DNA from: a virus
Lineage: Duplodnaviria > Caudoviricetes
Length of the DNA stretch: 30,896 bases
Direction: 5' to 3' (one strand)
IMG/VR virus record: IMGVR_UViG_3300030372_003367
Span: 1-30,896 of that record
Part shown: positions 1 to 8,034 of the stretch, piece by piece
Layout of the letters: every line of letters starts with the position of its first letter
Numbering within the stretch: the first letter of the stretch is position 1
Made by a program: the position numbers and the translations under genes
Notes under the pieces: generated by a model
Seen by the model: the letters and a program-made list of their open reading frames with translations, nothing else
Databases searched by the model: none
Told to the model about the DNA's origin: nothing

Positions 1-45
1 AATAAAGTGGAAGACGCTGCTCCACAAGTTTCCGTAGCTACTTAA
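1..45 (+). CDS. 3' end of an upstream small hypothetical phage gene (partial, ...NKVEDAAPQVSVAT*)
   Basis: Frame 1 is open from base 1 to TAA at 43-45 and is followed by intergenic hairpins and a promoter. The segment is too short to prove it is coding. Confidence 0.55.
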   Translation, partial: NKVEDAAPQVSVAT

Positions 46-92
46 TAAAAAGCTACATCGTTGGAAAAATCCAATCCACATCATACGCCCTC

Positions 93-121
93 TTGCGCTC
101 TACTTAAAACTAAGCTATAAC
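93..121 (+). promoter_or_regulatory. sigma70-like promoter
   Basis: TTGCGC (93-98), 17 nt spacer, TATAAC (116-121); predicted +1 near 128. Confidence 0.6.
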
Positions 122-127
122 TATTTT

Positions 128-198
128 ACTATACAATTAATTAGAATACTGACGCGTATAGTCGACGGCCTAGAGACAGTATTCGGAAAACTAGGAGG
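128..198 (+). ncRNA. candidate structured cis-regulatory leader RNA (double pseudoknot covering the SD)
   Basis: Three perfect, mutually crossing helices: ACTATAC 128-134/GTATAGT 156-162, GAATACTG 144-151/CAGTATTC 177-184, and CCTAG 169-173/CTAGG 191-195. The last overlaps AGGAGG 193-198. Confidence 0.6.
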
Positions 199-206
199 AT
201 ATAATT

Positions 207-749
207 ATGGCAAATACTACGTTTAATGGACCAGTACGTTCGGATAATGGATTTGAAACAATATCTAAAAACGCAACTACTGGAGCTGTAACTGTTGAGG
301 CAGATTACAATGTAAGACCTAACTTCAGAGTGTCAGTTGATAATTCAACTTTCACTGCTGCAGGTGGAACAACTGATACATTAACAAGACAAGAATCTGG
401 AACTACATTTGTTGTGAATGGAACTGGAAACAATGTTGTTAATATGCCGGCACTTAGCACAGATAATGTTGGTACTCAGTATCATTTCTTTTTAACTACT
501 GCAGTTGGTGGTGGTACTACAACTACATTTGTATTACCTGGCTCTGGTGTATCAAACTTTTTTGGTGCATTAGAACTTATGGATGGAACTGCTGCGAATC
601 CGGCTTCGGATGTTGCAGGGGACACTTTAACATGGGTGAACTCAACTGTTGCTAATGCAAGATGTACGATTACTTGTATGACGGATGATGGAACAAACTC
701 TACTTGGAAAGTAGAATGTTTAAGTACACCAATCGCAACAATAGCGTAA
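207..749 (+). CDS. putative virion structural/decoration protein
   Basis: 180 aa, T/G/A/N-rich beta-type composition, strong SD AGGAGG, first gene of the structural cluster. Confidence 0.65.
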   Translation: MANTTFNGPVRSDNGFETISKNATTGAVTVEADYNVRPNFRVSVDNSTFTAAGGTTDTLTRQESGTTFVVNGTGNNVVNMPALSTDNVGTQYHFFLTTAVGGGTTTTFVLPGSGVSNFFGALELMDGTAANPASDVAGDTLTWVNSTVANARCTITCMTDDGTNSTWKVECLSTPIATIA

Positions 750-758
750 TAATAAATT

Positions 759-786
759 TTAAGGTGCTCTTTCGGGAGCACCTTAA
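759..786 (+). terminator. stable hairpin, probable intrinsic terminator/attenuator
   Basis: TTAAGGTGCTCT-TTCG-GGAGCACCTTAA: 12 bp stem (one G-U) with UUCG loop just after the stop; only a weak U tract. Confidence 0.65.
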
Positions 787-810
787 TTAAAGAATTAAGG
801 AGAAAAAATA

Positions 811-1116
811 ATGACAATACAATCACCTAACATAACTTCAACTTATGTTGACACCGAAGGAACTACAGTCCAAGTGGGAAGAACAAGAGTGTATGGAGTT
901 TATCTTGATAGTTTAGGAGTAGCTGGAGATTTTGTAATTCGTGATGGAAGCAGTAGTGGAACAATAAAGTTTAAAGTTAAAACACCTGCTGTGGCGGAAT
1001 CTATTACAATTAATTTTCCTCAACCTATTCTATGTAAAGAAAAATTATATACAGCGTTTACCACTGAACAAGTTTTATGTGCTACAGTTTTTCATAGTGG
1101 CGGTAACAGTAATTAG
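811..1116 (+). CDS. small putative virion structural protein
   Basis: 101 aa, SD AAGGAG, beta-rich, within the structural operon. Confidence 0.6.
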   Translation: MTIQSPNITSTYVDTEGTTVQVGRTRVYGVYLDSLGVAGDFVIRDGSSSGTIKFKVKTPAVAESITINFPQPILCKEKLYTAFTTEQVLCATVFHSGGNSN

Positions 1117-1125
1117 GAGGACTAA

Positions 1126-2064
1126 GTGGCTTTTTCTGGCACAAGTACATTCGAGAAAACTTTCTCGATCGATGATGTTATTACTGAAGCTTTTGAAAGA
1201 TTAGGTTTTTTTGATTATTCAGGTAATGATTTAAGATCGGCAAGAAGATCTTTAAATATTCTATTTCAAGAATGGCAGAATAGAGGTGTTCATTTTTGGG
1301 AAGTAGATAGTCATGCTTTTAGTTTAGTTAGTGATCAAAATACATATACTATTTATAGAGCCCCTTCTGATGGAGACGCAGATGGAGTTACTTCAAGTTT
1401 AACTGCAGCTATTAATTCTACAGCTTTAACTATCCCTGTAGAAACTGTAGCCCAGATGCCTGCTTCAGGTAAAATTAGAATTAATTCAGAGGTTATAAAA
1501 TATTCTTCTATTTCAAATTTAAATTTAATTGTTTCTTCAACAGCAGATAGAGGAGTTGATGGTACAACAGCCGCAAGTCATTCTCAAAATGATACTGTAA
1601 CTAATTTTGTAGATATGGCGTCTGATGTTTTAGAAGCTAGTTATAGAAATACTTCAAATGTAGATACACCTTTATCTAAAATTAATAGATCACAATATTC
1701 AGCTTTTTCAAATAAAACTTCTACTGGACAACCTTCTCAATATTGGGTTCAAAGATTCATAGATAAAGTTACAGTTACTTTATATTTAACCCCCGGTTCT
1801 TCTCAAGCAGGGGATTATATGTACTTTTATTATTTAAAAAGAATTCAAGATGCAGGGGCCTATACTAATGAGGCTGATGTAGTTAATAGATTTGTACCGT
1901 GTATGTGTGCAGGTCTAGCTTATTACATGGCTCAGAAAAAAGCTCCTCAAAGAGTTCAAGAAATGAAATTACTATATGAAGATGAATTAGCGAGAGCGTT
2001 ACAAGAAGATGGATCACCAGCGAGTGTTTATATTTCTCCTAAAACTTATTATCCGGAGATATAA
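1126..2064 (+). CDS. putative head-tail adaptor / tail tubular protein A-like, with inserted beta domain
   Basis: GTG start with AGGAGG; helical N-terminus (EAFERLG...ARRSLNILFQEWQNRG), GQPSQYW motif, helical C-terminus (GLAYYMA...LYEDELARA), typical of podovirus adaptors. Confidence 0.65.
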   Translation: MAFSGTSTFEKTFSIDDVITEAFERLGFFDYSGNDLRSARRSLNILFQEWQNRGVHFWEVDSHAFSLVSDQNTYTIYRAPSDGDADGVTSSLTAAINSTALTIPVETVAQMPASGKIRINSEVIKYSSISNLNLIVSSTADRGVDGTTAASHSQNDTVTNFVDMASDVLEASYRNTSNVDTPLSKINRSQYSAFSNKTSTGQPSQYWVQRFIDKVTVTLYLTPGSSQAGDYMYFYYLKRIQDAGAYTNEADVVNRFVPCMCAGLAYYMAQKKAPQRVQEMKLLYEDELARALQEDGSPASVYISPKTYYPEI

Positions 2065-2867
2065 TGGCAAAGTTTGCAAAAGGAAAATATGCATTAGCAA
2101 TTTCAGATCGAAGTGGATTAGCTTTTCCATGGAGAGAAATGGTTACAGAATGGAATGGTGCATTTGTTCACACATCAGAATATGAACGAAAGCAACCACA
2201 GTTAGAACCAAAACCATTTGTTGCAGATCCTCAAGGACTAGAACAAGCTAGACCTGCAAGAACAGAATTTCCAACAGAAGACTTTTTACCAAAGAATCCT
2301 TTTACAACTGCAGCGGCAGATGCAACAGTTTCTGTTGCATTTGAAAATGGAGATATGAGTGTAAATGATATTGTAAGATTTAGAGATGTTAAATCTCCTG
2401 TGGGTGGAGTAGACCCTGATACTTTGCAAGTATCAGGAATGGTTTTACAAGGAGATATTACAAGCACAGCTACTACTATTACTTTAGACTATACTTCTGA
2501 TATGCCTACCAGTGGATATATTGTTATTGAAAAAATAAATAGTACTACGGGACAATTTGAAAATGAAGTTGTTAAATATTCAGGAATTTCAGGAATTAAT
2601 TTAACAGGATGTACAAGAGGAACGAGCGCTCAATATAGAGGAGTTTCTCCTAAAACAACAACAGCTACTTCTCATAAGTCGGGAGCTAAAGTATTTGGAG
2701 CATTTAAAATAACAGCTCTTAATACTAGAACACAAAACAACCCTGGTATGCCTGCAACGACAACAATACAAACAGGTTTTAATTTTGAATTAGCTAGCGT
2801 TGCACCAGCAAGCGCTAAAGGAGGCGGTTTTCAATGTACAATTGGACCGATAAATGATAGAGGTTAA
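2064..2867 (+). CDS. putative structural protein (neck/tail) with accessory beta domains
   Basis: Stop/start overlap TAATG; N-terminal AISDRSG...VHTSEYERKQPQ motif followed by a T/G-rich region. Confidence 0.55.
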   Translation: MAKFAKGKYALAISDRSGLAFPWREMVTEWNGAFVHTSEYERKQPQLEPKPFVADPQGLEQARPARTEFPTEDFLPKNPFTTAAADATVSVAFENGDMSVNDIVRFRDVKSPVGGVDPDTLQVSGMVLQGDITSTATTITLDYTSDMPTSGYIVIEKINSTTGQFENEVVKYSGISGINLTGCTRGTSAQYRGVSPKTTTATSHKSGAKVFGAFKITALNTRTQNNPGMPATTTIQTGFNFELASVAPASAKGGGFQCTIGPINDRG

Positions 2868-2869
2868 TT

Positions 2870-3520
2870 ATGACATACGCAGAATTAGTTGATAAAATTA
2901 GAAATTATACAGAAGTAACTTCCACTGTTTTAACAGATGCCATTGTAAATGGTTTTATAGAGGATGCTGAATGGAGAGTTTTTAGAGATGTGGACACAGA
3001 TGCTGGTCGAAGATATAAAACAGCCCAGCTCATAGCAGGAACTCGTTTTATAGATGAACCTACAGATGCTTTAGTAGTAAGATCTTTACAAGTGGTGGAT
3101 TCTGATGGTGTAGGAGTAGCCGATAATAGAGATTTTTTACAGTACAGGGACACTAGTTTTATGTCTGAATTTAACCCTACCAATGCTCAAGGGGTTCCTA
3201 AATACTATAGCTTATGGGACGATAATACCATAGTTGTGGCTCCCACTCCAGATGCCACTTATACGCTTCAATTAAATTATATCTTGAAACCTCCGGGTTT
3301 ATCTAGTACAAATACTACAACATATTTAAGTTTGAACTTTCCCAACGGACTTTTATATGCGTGCCTTATAGAAGCATTTTCTTTTCTAAAGGGGCCAAAT
3401 GATCTCTTGCAATTATACGAAGGAAGGTATAAACAAGCGGTAGAAGGCTTCTCTATAGAACAAATGGGAAGACGAAGACGAGACGAATATCAAAGTGGTG
3501 TTCCTCGTATAGGAAAATAA
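2870..3520 (+). CDS. putative adaptor/head-closure protein
   Basis: MTYAELVDKI N-terminus and GVPKYY...APTPDATY...LLYACLIEA motifs of phage adaptor-like proteins; distantly similar to 1126-2064. Confidence 0.65.
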   Translation: MTYAELVDKIRNYTEVTSTVLTDAIVNGFIEDAEWRVFRDVDTDAGRRYKTAQLIAGTRFIDEPTDALVVRSLQVVDSDGVGVADNRDFLQYRDTSFMSEFNPTNAQGVPKYYSLWDDNTIVVAPTPDATYTLQLNYILKPPGLSSTNTTTYLSLNFPNGLLYACLIEAFSFLKGPNDLLQLYEGRYKQAVEGFSIEQMGRRRRDEYQSGVPRIGK

Positions 3521-3531
3521 GGAGAAACATA

Positions 3532-3972
3532 ATGGCTATAACACAAGCAATCGCAAACAACTTTAAAAAGTTATTGTTAGAAGGAGACTTCAACGGTAAA
3601 GCTTCTGGCGGTGATAAATTTAAGTTAGCTCTTTATACTTCTTCCGCTACTCTAAACTCAGCTACAACTTCTTACACAACAGGAAATGAAGTTGGTGCTT
3701 CTGGTCAATATTCAGCAGGTGGTGGAGCTCTTGTTAACTCAGGAACTTCTATAACTGCAGGTGTTGCTAGAGTTGATTTCGCCGACCTTTCTTTTACAGG
3801 TGTTACATTAACAGCTAGAGGAGCATTAATTTATAATACATCATCTACTACTACAAATTCAGCAGTGTGTATTTTAGATTTTGGAGGAGACAAGACAGCT
3901 ACTTCTGGTACATTCACAGTTCAATTTCCAGCAGCAACTTCAACAGCAGCGATACTAAGAATATCGGGCTAG
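3532..3972 (+). CDS. putative tail/baseplate structural protein
   Basis: FKLALYT...NEV...YSAGG...ARGALIYN...LDFG pattern common in phage tail-associated proteins; SD AAGGAG. Confidence 0.65.
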   Translation: MAITQAIANNFKKLLLEGDFNGKASGGDKFKLALYTSSATLNSATTSYTTGNEVGASGQYSAGGGALVNSGTSITAGVARVDFADLSFTGVTLTARGALIYNTSSTTTNSAVCILDFGGDKTATSGTFTVQFPAATSTAAILRISG

Positions 3973-3989
3973 TAGGGAGGTAACTTCCT

Positions 3990-5063
3990 ATGGCGGGTTG
4001 GAGTCAAAATACTTGGAACGTAGGTTCTTGGGGAACAGGTGTAGACAACATCGTTTCTCTTACAGGACTTTCTTTATCTAGCAGCATAGGATTTATTTCT
4101 TCAACATCAACCGTTGAATTAGGTTGGGGTAGAGATCAATGGGGCGCTAGGTCTTGGGGAGCTCCAAGTCAAATTGTAGTTCCAACAACACCTGAAGATG
4201 ACATGACGTTGTCTCAAGGTTCTGTTACTACTACTGGTGAAATAAACGGTGGATGGAATGCAGATTATACATGGGGTACTTTTGCGTGGGGTATTGCAGC
4301 TACTCTTATTGCACCAAGTGTTTCAGCCACAATGGCAACTGGTTCAGCAGTTGGTTTTACAAATGTTTCACCTGTTCCATCAGGAATAGGAATGACTGCT
4401 ACACTAGCAAGTGTAGGACTTCACACAACTACTGTTGCTTATCCAACAGGACAATCATTAACAACCACACTCGCAAATGTAGATGCGGGTCCAGATGCAA
4501 TGTTGACTGGAAACGTTGCAACTATAAGTGTTGGAACAGTAGAGGCTTATAATACTCAAGGTTGGAGTAGATTAGGTTGGGGAGATAATTCATGGGGTGT
4601 AGAAGGTTTATGGACAACTGTAAGTGTAACAGGCCAAGCTTTAACAGCGACGCTAGGGGTTGAAACAGTTGAAGGACATGCAAATGTAACAGCTAATACT
4701 TTAAACGTAGCACAAGTTACTTTAGGTGCGGTGGACCCTGCACCTGATGCGATGATTACAGGCAATTTCATGATTGCCGCTTTAGGTACTTTAGGTCAAG
4801 GAAGTGCCAAAACTGTAACAGGATTTGGTTTACCAATAACTTTAGCTTCTGCTACAGTAGATTTAAATACACCAGTTAATGTAACTGGATTTGCATTAAA
4901 TAATCAATTAGCTGGTGTCACAGCCTTTACAGATATTGACGTTATTCCTACTGGTTTTGGGTTGACTATGGCAGTAGGATCTGGTAGTGCTTTAATCTGG
5001 AATGAAGTAGATACCGGTTCAGCACCTTTAGAGCCTCCAGGATGGCAAATAGTAGCTGCATAA
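3990..5063 (+). CDS. putative tail fibre/spike-like protein with Trp-Gly repeats
   Basis: 357 aa, very T/G/V/A-rich, four GW-x4/5-W-x4-WG blocks, internal duplication VDxxPDAMxTGN. Confidence 0.6.
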   Translation: MAGWSQNTWNVGSWGTGVDNIVSLTGLSLSSSIGFISSTSTVELGWGRDQWGARSWGAPSQIVVPTTPEDDMTLSQGSVTTTGEINGGWNADYTWGTFAWGIAATLIAPSVSATMATGSAVGFTNVSPVPSGIGMTATLASVGLHTTTVAYPTGQSLTTTLANVDAGPDAMLTGNVATISVGTVEAYNTQGWSRLGWGDNSWGVEGLWTTVSVTGQALTATLGVETVEGHANVTANTLNVAQVTLGAVDPAPDAMITGNFMIAALGTLGQGSAKTVTGFGLPITLASATVDLNTPVNVTGFALNNQLAGVTAFTDIDVIPTGFGLTMAVGSGSALIWNEVDTGSAPLEPPGWQIVAA

Positions 5064-5069
5064 ATAGGT

Positions 5070-5098
5070 TTGACACAAACCTTATTTAATATTAATAT
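5070..5098 (+). promoter_or_regulatory. sigma70-like promoter, -35 inside a palindrome
   Basis: TTGACA (5070-5075), 17 nt spacer, TAATAT (5093-5098); AGGTTTG-ACA-CAAACCT inverted repeat. Confidence 0.65.
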
Positions 5099-5119
5099 GA
5101 ACATTATAAGGAATTAAAA

Positions 5120-5821
5120 ATGGCTAACTCAACATCAGCAAGTTTAAAACTTACAGTCCAAGCAACTGGTGAAAATTCAGGAACTTGGGGACAAATTACA
5201 AATACAAACTTATTAATATTAGAACAAGCTATTGGTGGATATGATGCTTTTAACGTAACTAACGCCAGCAGAGCATTAACTTTTACTAATGGTGCAGTTT
5301 CTAATGGAAAAAATGAAGTAATAAAATTAACAGGTACATTAGCTGCAAACGTTAATGTTACTATTCCAGATTCTGTAGAAAAAACATATACAGTTTTAGA
5401 TAGCTGTGATCACGCAGGTTATACTTTAACTTTTAAAACTACTTCTGGAACAGGAATTCTTTTATGTGAAGGTCATACTTATCAGCTATGGTCTGACGGA
5501 ACTAATGTTTATAAAGGTTCTGAAGAAAAAGTATGGAGAGCAGTATCTGCGGCAGAAACAGTTCAAGCAGGTGCTCAACTTTTAGTCAATACAAATGGTG
5601 GAGGAGTTACAATTACACTTCCAGCGTCTCCATCTTTAGGAGACATGGTTACATTTGTTGACCAAGGTTATGATTTTGATTCAAATGCTTTAGTGGTTGG
5701 TAGAAACAGTTCTAACATCGCTAATGCCGCATCTAATTTAACAGTTAACACACAAGGCGCAGCTTTCTCATTAGTTTTTTCTGGTGATGCTACTACTGGC
5801 TGGACTTATACAGAGAAATAG
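5120..5821 (+). CDS. tail fibre proximal/baseplate-like protein
   Basis: N-terminal TGENSGTWGQITNTNL anchor motif; C-terminal VNTNGGGVTITLPASPSLGD...GW repeat of the T4 gp34/gp10 type. Confidence 0.7.
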   Translation: MANSTSASLKLTVQATGENSGTWGQITNTNLLILEQAIGGYDAFNVTNASRALTFTNGAVSNGKNEVIKLTGTLAANVNVTIPDSVEKTYTVLDSCDHAGYTLTFKTTSGTGILLCEGHTYQLWSDGTNVYKGSEEKVWRAVSAAETVQAGAQLLVNTNGGGVTITLPASPSLGDMVTFVDQGYDFDSNALVVGRNSSNIANAASNLTVNTQGAAFSLVFSGDATTGWTYTEK

Positions 5822-5834
5822 GAGATAATAGATT

Positions 5835-6398
5835 ATGTCAAATTACGAAGCTACAAAATACGATTTTTCTGGTGCAAACCTTACAGGTATCGAAGGAATT
5901 CCAACAGGTACTATTGTACCGTGGTCTACTGGTTCAGTACCAACTGGTTTTTTAGAATGTAATGGTGCAGCTGTTTCAAGATCAACTTACTCAGCTTTAT
6001 TTGCAATTATTTCGACTACTTATGGAACTGGTGATGGTGCATCAACTTTTAACGTACCTGATTTACAAGACAATGTTGCAGTTTCAAAATCTAACAACAA
6101 AGCAATAGCATCAACTGGTGGAGCAAACACTGTGACTGCAAGTGGAAACGTTTCAGGAAACGCAGCGGCGCATACATTATCTAGCCCTGAAATGCCTGGT
6201 CACTCGCACCCTACCGCTGGAAACAGAACTAACTCTTCTAACGCTCACCCTAGCTTTAACGTAGGGTTTTCACCTGGTAATACAGGTAGTACTGGAGGTG
6301 GCGGATCTCACTCTCATAACGTAAGTGCTAACTTTACAGGAGACGCGACTTCAGTGTTACAACCATATTTAACAGTGATGTACGTAATTAAAACTTAA
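5835..6398 (+). CDS. tail fibre protein with phage tail collar domain
   Basis: Collar motif PTGTIVPW...PTGFLECNGAAVSRSTYSALFAII...GDGASTFNVPDL; HxH motifs (GHSH, SHSH); QPYLTVMYVIK C-terminus. Confidence 0.9.
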   Translation: MSNYEATKYDFSGANLTGIEGIPTGTIVPWSTGSVPTGFLECNGAAVSRSTYSALFAIISTTYGTGDGASTFNVPDLQDNVAVSKSNNKAIASTGGANTVTASGNVSGNAAAHTLSSPEMPGHSHPTAGNRTNSSNAHPSFNVGFSPGNTGSTGGGGSHSHNVSANFTGDATSVLQPYLTVMYVIKT

Positions 6399-6409
6399 GG
6401 AGAATAACA

Positions 6410-6829
6410 ATGGCAAATAAAAATGTAAAATGGTCGGTAATTTTTGATGATAAACGTGTCATCAATCAAAGTGTCATGAATGCAGAAGGATGGCCAACAG
6501 GATATGTTATCAATGATGATTCATTTTGGAATGATTCGAAATGGAATGATATTCACGCTATTCAATTCATAGATGATGGTAATGACCATAATGATGCTGT
6601 TGAACAAGTTCCAGGTCCTAATAATAGAAATATGACTTGGGCTGAAGCAAACTTAGGAGATTTTAGATCTCAATTTATAGATAGATGGGATGCAGCACAC
6701 TTAGCTCAATTACAAGCTGATTGGGATGCAGACATTGTTTACAAATCACCTGATTTTCAAGATCCAGAAACTGAAGCAGAAAAAATTGCTAGATTAGGTG
6801 CAAGACCTACTTCTTATACTTCACCTTAA
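6410..6829 (+). CDS. putative tail fibre-associated/assembly protein
   Basis: Acidic 139 aa protein directly after the collar fibre gene; SD AAGGAG. Confidence 0.55.
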   Translation: MANKNVKWSVIFDDKRVINQSVMNAEGWPTGYVINDDSFWNDSKWNDIHAIQFIDDGNDHNDAVEQVPGPNNRNMTWAEANLGDFRSQFIDRWDAAHLAQLQADWDADIVYKSPDFQDPETEAEKIARLGARPTSYTSP

Positions 6830-7419
6830 ATTTTACTTTTCAACCAACTAGTAAGAATATATTTTTCCCCTGACAAAGGAGGATTGCCTCTATGAACAAA
6901 AGGATAGTAAGCAGGCCAAATAACAATTCTACCTGTCTTTGGTTTTACTCTTATTGCCTGATGTAAAAATTCTGTTTCACCACCTTCTTCTACATCATTT
7001 AAATAAACTGTATATGCCATTACTCTATCAAGAGATCTGGGACTTGGATTATGTTCTATATGCCAAACATGGTAACCTTCTTTAGGTAAAGTTTTTTGAA
7101 TCTTCATAGGAACATATTCAAAACCTTTTTCATAAAATTCATGTATACCGGTGTTTTCTTTATATCTTTGTAAAGCCATATCAAAATTAAGAAAAAAAGA
7201 TCTGAAGTCATCTATCCAGCAATCTACATTTATAGAGGTATCTCTTTTTTGATGAGGTTGAGAATTTTCCATTGTAAGTCTTTGGTATGCTTCACCAAAT
7301 GATGCTCTACTATTATAGTATTTAATCATAAGCTCACAATCACTAGGCAGAATATAATTGTCGAATATCCCTATGTGGTTTTCAAGTTTAAATACTTTCT
7401 CATTATTTTTCTTTTCCAT
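6826..7419 (-). CDS. 2OG-Fe(II) oxygenase (prolyl-4-hydroxylase-like)
   Basis: GYHVWHIE (HxE), YLNDVEEGGETEF, HRGNPP...KYILTSW; SD AAGGAG. Confidence 0.9.
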   Translation of the reverse strand: MEKKNNEKVFKLENHIGIFDNYILPSDCELMIKYYNSRASFGEAYQRLTMENSQPHQKRDTSINVDCWIDDFRSFFLNFDMALQRYKENTGIHEFYEKGFEYVPMKIQKTLPKEGYHVWHIEHNPSPRSLDRVMAYTVYLNDVEEGGETEFLHQAIRVKPKTGRIVIWPAYYPFVHRGNPPLSGEKYILTSWLKSKI

Positions 7420-7452
7420 TTATCTCTCCTTTTATATTATAGATATTAAAAC

Positions 7453-8034
7453 TCAAGGTTCTAAAAAACAGTTTATAGAATATCTTACTCCTTTAGTTAT
7501 AGGGTCAGTTCCATGAATCCAAATAGGCTCCGCAGGGAATATAATTGCGTCCCCTGTTTTTAAAGTTTCTTTAAGAGTACCACCAAAAAACCTAAAATCT
7601 CCACCTTCATAGTCTTCGTTTAAATTTAAAGTACAGGAACCACGTATAGATTCAAAAACATCTGAATGATCCTCTATAAATTCATTTTTTCTATATCTTA
7701 TTATTCTTATATTTTTAGTATTTTGAATTAGATTAGGATGCCATGTTGGACATATTGTTCTTCTAATATGTACTCCATAGTTAACAATCATTATTTCTAT
7801 ATATTTTTTTGCTATTTCAAAAGGTTTTTTAAATCTTTCTTTTTTAGAACTAAAGACTGATAAATTTAAACATCTATAATTATCTTCTTTAATTTTATTA
7901 TCTGGATATTTATAACTATTTTCTGGTGTAATAAAATCTTGGTTTTCTTCAAAAAAATTAATAAGATATTTACAAACATCTTTAGGTACCAAAGAATTTA
8001 TTCTAAGTTTTAAATCTGATATCTGTGCGTTCAT
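7453..8034 (-). CDS. 2OG-Fe(II) oxygenase (prolyl-4-hydroxylase-like)
   Basis: HSD (HxD), LNEDYEGGDFRF, GDAIIFP, HGTDPITKGVRYS (distal His, RxS). Confidence 0.9.
   Translation of the reverse strand: MNAQISDLKLRINSLVPKDVCKYLINFFEENQDFITPENSYKYPDNKIKEDNYRCLNLSVFSSKKERFKKPFEIAKKYIEIMIVNYGVHIRRTICPTWHPNLIQNTKNIRIIRYRKNEFIEDHSDVFESIRGSCTLNLNEDYEGGDFRFFGGTLKETLKTGDAIIFPAEPIWIHGTDPITKGVRYSINCFLEP

Noticed and set aside
4253-4552. Cys-rich 99 aa alternative-frame ORF
   Set aside because: Lies wholly inside 3990-5063; the Cys/Tyr/Asn richness is the expected off-frame reading of T-ending codons followed by G/A.
482-5104. Antisense ORFs 482-826, 2231-2467, 2905-3183, 4556-4771 and 4904-5104
   Set aside because: Shadows of well-supported plus-strand genes, with no recognisable motifs.
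6826-8034. TET/JBP DNA dioxygenase assignment
   Set aside because: The motifs (LN-x3-EGG-x2-F, HRG/HGT..P) fit P4H-like oxygenases, and no cytosine methyltransferase is present in the window.
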